NCBI GenBank assembly: GCA_051117555.1
Contig: JBNPEG010000123.1
Location: 1-31,473 of the forward strand
Length of the DNA stretch: 31,473 nucleotides
Source of the DNA: Elainellaceae cyanobacterium
Lineage (GTDB): Bacteria; Cyanobacteriota; Cyanobacteriia; CAZCXK01
Direction of reading: 5' to 3'
The notes beneath the pieces are model-generated. The model saw only the letters and a list, made by a program, of their open reading frames with translations. It did no database searches and had not been told where the DNA came from. Below are positions 29,051 to 31,473 of the stretch, one piece after another. The position numbers and the translations under genes were made by a program. Positions within the stretch are counted from its first letter, which is position 1. Each line of letters begins with the position of its first letter.

Positions 29051-30055
29051 ATGCGAGTGCCCACACCAAAACACTCTAATCGGCGAATTTACGAACTTGA
29101 TGTCCTCCGTGGACTAGCAGCTCTTGGAGTGGTCTTGTATCACTACACCACGCGCTACGACCAAATTTATGGGCATTCCCACGACTTGCTGCTGAGCTTT
29201 CCCCAAGGTCGCTATGGGGTGCCGATGTTTTTCATGATTAGCGGATTCGTGATTCTGTTAGCGCTAGAACGAACCAAACGAATCTTAGATTTTGTCGTTG
29301 GACGCATTGCCCGTCTCTATCCAGTTTACTGGGTGGCGATCGCCCTGACATTTGCAGCCGTCGCTCTGGTAGGGCTGCCGGGTCGAGAGGTGAGCCTCAA
29401 CCACGCGATCGTTAATCTGAGCATGATTCAGCGGTTTATGAGCATTCCCGATGTGGATGGTGTGTATTGGACGCTGCAAGTCGAGCTGATCTTTTATCTG
29501 ATCATGGTGCTGCTCTATCAGCTCAAGTTGCTGCGGCATATCGAGACAATGGCGATCGCCTGGCTGCTCATCAACCTAGTAAGAATCCAAAGCGATTGGC
29601 TCCCTATTCCCGCATCAATCAGCCCGTTTTTCTTAACAGACTATGCGCATTTTTTTATCATCGGCATTGCGCTGTACCAAATCTGGAACAAGGGGGGTTC
29701 GACGGTGCGCTACGGATTGATTACGGCAGGGCTTTTAGTTCATGCCATGAATAGCCACGCAGAATCTATAATCGCTTGCATGGGATTTGCCCTCGGACTG
29801 TTTTTTGCAATTCACGGCCACTTGCGGTTCATCACCATCAAACCCCTAATTTTTCTCGGCACAATCTCCTACAGCCTCTATTTAATCCATCAAAATATTG
29901 GCTACATCGTAATTCGCACACTCTCCCAGGTGCCCTTAAATGCTCATCTCAGCATCACCGTAGCAATGGGGGTGTCGATTGGGTTGGCAAGCCTCATGGC
30001 ATTGGCAATTGAGCGCCCGGCCATGCGCTATTTCAAAACTCTATTAGTGCCATGA
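29051..30055 (+). CDS. Acyltransferase-3 (OafA-like) membrane O-acyltransferase
   Basis: LD.LRGLAA..VV.YH, GV..FF.ISGF, RI.RLYP.Y, WTL..E..FY, ISYSLYLIH, IERP. Confidence 0.93.
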   Translation: MRVPTPKHSNRRIYELDVLRGLAALGVVLYHYTTRYDQIYGHSHDLLLSFPQGRYGVPMFFMISGFVILLALERTKRILDFVVGRIARLYPVYWVAIALTFAAVALVGLPGREVSLNHAIVNLSMIQRFMSIPDVDGVYWTLQVELIFYLIMVLLYQLKLLRHIETMAIAWLLINLVRIQSDWLPIPASISPFFLTDYAHFFIIGIALYQIWNKGGSTVRYGLITAGLLVHAMNSHAESIIACMGFALGLFFAIHGHLRFITIKPLIFLGTISYSLYLIHQNIGYIVIRTLSQVPLNAHLSITVAMGVSIGLASLMALAIERPAMRYFKTLLVP

Positions 30056-30319
30056 TTATCGCACCGCTCATGTTGCCCCTTAGGGGGCTGGCGTTTACTG
30101 CATTAGAGGGCGATCGCCAGCTCTTGCAAAGTCGCTCGATTCTCATCCTTGCTAGTACGATGTGACTCAGTCAACCCGGGTTGAATCCAAGCGATCGCCC
30201 CAATAAATGACCGCAAGCAATGGCTTCTAGACCCATCAAAAGATGAACATTAGCTCTTGCATAGAGTACTCTAGATTAGCCCCTGAATTGCATCCACTAT
30301 GAATAGCTAAACACTCTCA

Positions 30320-31402
30320 ATGAACCATCGATCCAAACCTGAGAGAAACGGTAAAACATCTCATTACCTCACTCCCGTAACGCTGAAAAATGGTCATCTT
30401 GTTCCGAAAAAAAAGAATTATCTGCTTCCAGGGGTTATTCTTACAAGCCTGATTGTTTTGGGAGTTGCCATCTCAATTCAGTTCCCAATTCCAAACCCAT
30501 TTAAAGACGTAGAATCGTCTGAATCATCCGAGAGTAAACCAACCTTTCAGCAGGCGGTAAATCGGGCAATGACTGCTGCAGAACTCACTCAAACAGCCCA
30601 CTTTAGGGAAGAATGGGACACTGTCGCCACTCTTTGGCAAGATGCCATCCACCTAATGAAACGAGTGCCATCTGATAGCCCCGATCATCAGACGGCTCAG
30701 GAGAAAGTCGGAGAATACCAGCGCAACCTACAATACGCTCAGAGCAATATCAAAACACGCCCGTCTCGCTCATCAACGCCCATCGACGTCTGGAGCTTGG
30801 GGTCAAGTCGGGGCATGGTATTGGCAATTCAGGGCACCCCAACTCGGATTGAGCGATTAACTTCTAGCTGCGAAGAAGTTTTATACTACGGCGATAGCAC
30901 CGTCGAGCTAAAACATGGGATGGTGACTGAATATAATAATTTTGACAGCAACCTAAGCGTCTCCGTCGATCCTTCAATCGTATTTGAGCAATTGAACGCT
31001 GAAAACGTATGGACGTTGGGTTCTTCCAGTGAAAATGTGTTTCGCGTACAAGGCACTCCGACTAGCGTTAATACATATAACTCCATTGATCGGGAAGTCT
31101 TAAATTATCAGGATAGCCAAATAGAACTGACCAACGGTGTTGTCACAGGCTATAACGACTTTGATAATAATCTAAATGTGTCTGTCAACATACCATTTCC
31201 TCAGGATGAGTCTCCTAGCAATGCGTGGTCGTTAGGGTCGACGCGGGCTGAAGTCTTTCAAGTTCAAGGGACGCCCTCTCGAATTCAGCGCTATGATTCG
31301 GCGTGCCGCGAAGTATTTCACTACGGCAATAGCAGTGTTGACCTCAACAACGGCATCGTGGCAGGGTACGACAATTTTGATAACAACTTGCTAGTTAGAT
31401 AG
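30320..31402 (+). CDS. Membrane-anchored hypothetical protein: helical domain plus three ~73-aa repeats
   Basis: One TM segment near aa 35-55, AVNRAM.AA.LTQ.A..EW helical domain, repeats W.LGS...V..VQGTP...NFD.NL.V starting at 30791, 31010 and 31226. Confidence 0.8.
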   Translation: MNHRSKPERNGKTSHYLTPVTLKNGHLVPKKKNYLLPGVILTSLIVLGVAISIQFPIPNPFKDVESSESSESKPTFQQAVNRAMTAAELTQTAHFREEWDTVATLWQDAIHLMKRVPSDSPDHQTAQEKVGEYQRNLQYAQSNIKTRPSRSSTPIDVWSLGSSRGMVLAIQGTPTRIERLTSSCEEVLYYGDSTVELKHGMVTEYNNFDSNLSVSVDPSIVFEQLNAENVWTLGSSSENVFRVQGTPTSVNTYNSIDREVLNYQDSQIELTNGVVTGYNDFDNNLNVSVNIPFPQDESPSNAWSLGSTRAEVFQVQGTPSRIQRYDSACREVFHYGNSSVDLNNGIVAGYDNFDNNLLVR

Positions 31403-31415
31403 TCATGCATAGTGG

Positions 31416-31440
31416 TGTGCCACGCTACTAGTGTGGCACA
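31416..31440. terminator. Stem-loop downstream of the last CDS (possible terminator or stabiliser)
   Basis: TGTGCCACGCT-act-AGTGTGGCACA, 11-bp stem with one G-U; no clear U-tract. Confidence 0.4.
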
Positions 31441-31473
31441 GCTAATTTGGTGGATTAAAGGTTGGGTTGAGGT

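Larger units (their letters stand above)
1..31473. repeat. HIP1 octamer GCGATCGC dispersed through the window
   Basis: About 50 copies by manual count (e.g. 689, 894, 2071, 3451, 4903, 9632), often as GGCGATCGCC. Confidence 0.95.

Noticed and set aside
467..31086. Many 60-120 aa ORFs overlapping or antisense to confident genes
   Set aside because: Shadow ORFs with no motifs or independent translation signals.

Overview
Cyanobacterial chromosomal window. The HIP1 octamer GCGATCGC occurs about 50 times by manual count, and pedR, pex, ycf29/rre1, sipA and cbiX are present. Most of it is ordinary core genome: hisS, cysH, a glycogen debranching enzyme, DAHP synthase, nfi, tspO, transporters and regulators. 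The accessory-looking part is about 20.9-25.9 kb on the minus strand. It contains a nuclease-less Type IIG-like N6-adenine methyltransferase with an altered SAM-binding motif, a doubly frameshifted coiled-coil gene with a 9-bp repeat expansion, and a tightly spaced three-gene unit: toxin-like GNAT acetyltransferase, 92-aa acidic protein, acetylpolyamine amidohydrolase/HDAC-family deacetylase. That unit is my best candidate for an undescribed system (acetylation writer, partner, eraser), but this is inference. Non-coding highlights are a cobalamin riboswitch with an unusual ~45-nt insertion upstream of cbiX, four related ~75-95 bp MITE-like elements with mix-and-match ends, a separate 151-bp MITE, a LexA-box-like palindrome before an unknown gene, and several tandem repeats. 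No CRISPR array, tRNA, rRNA or transposase was seen. All calls come from reading the sequence; no searches were run.
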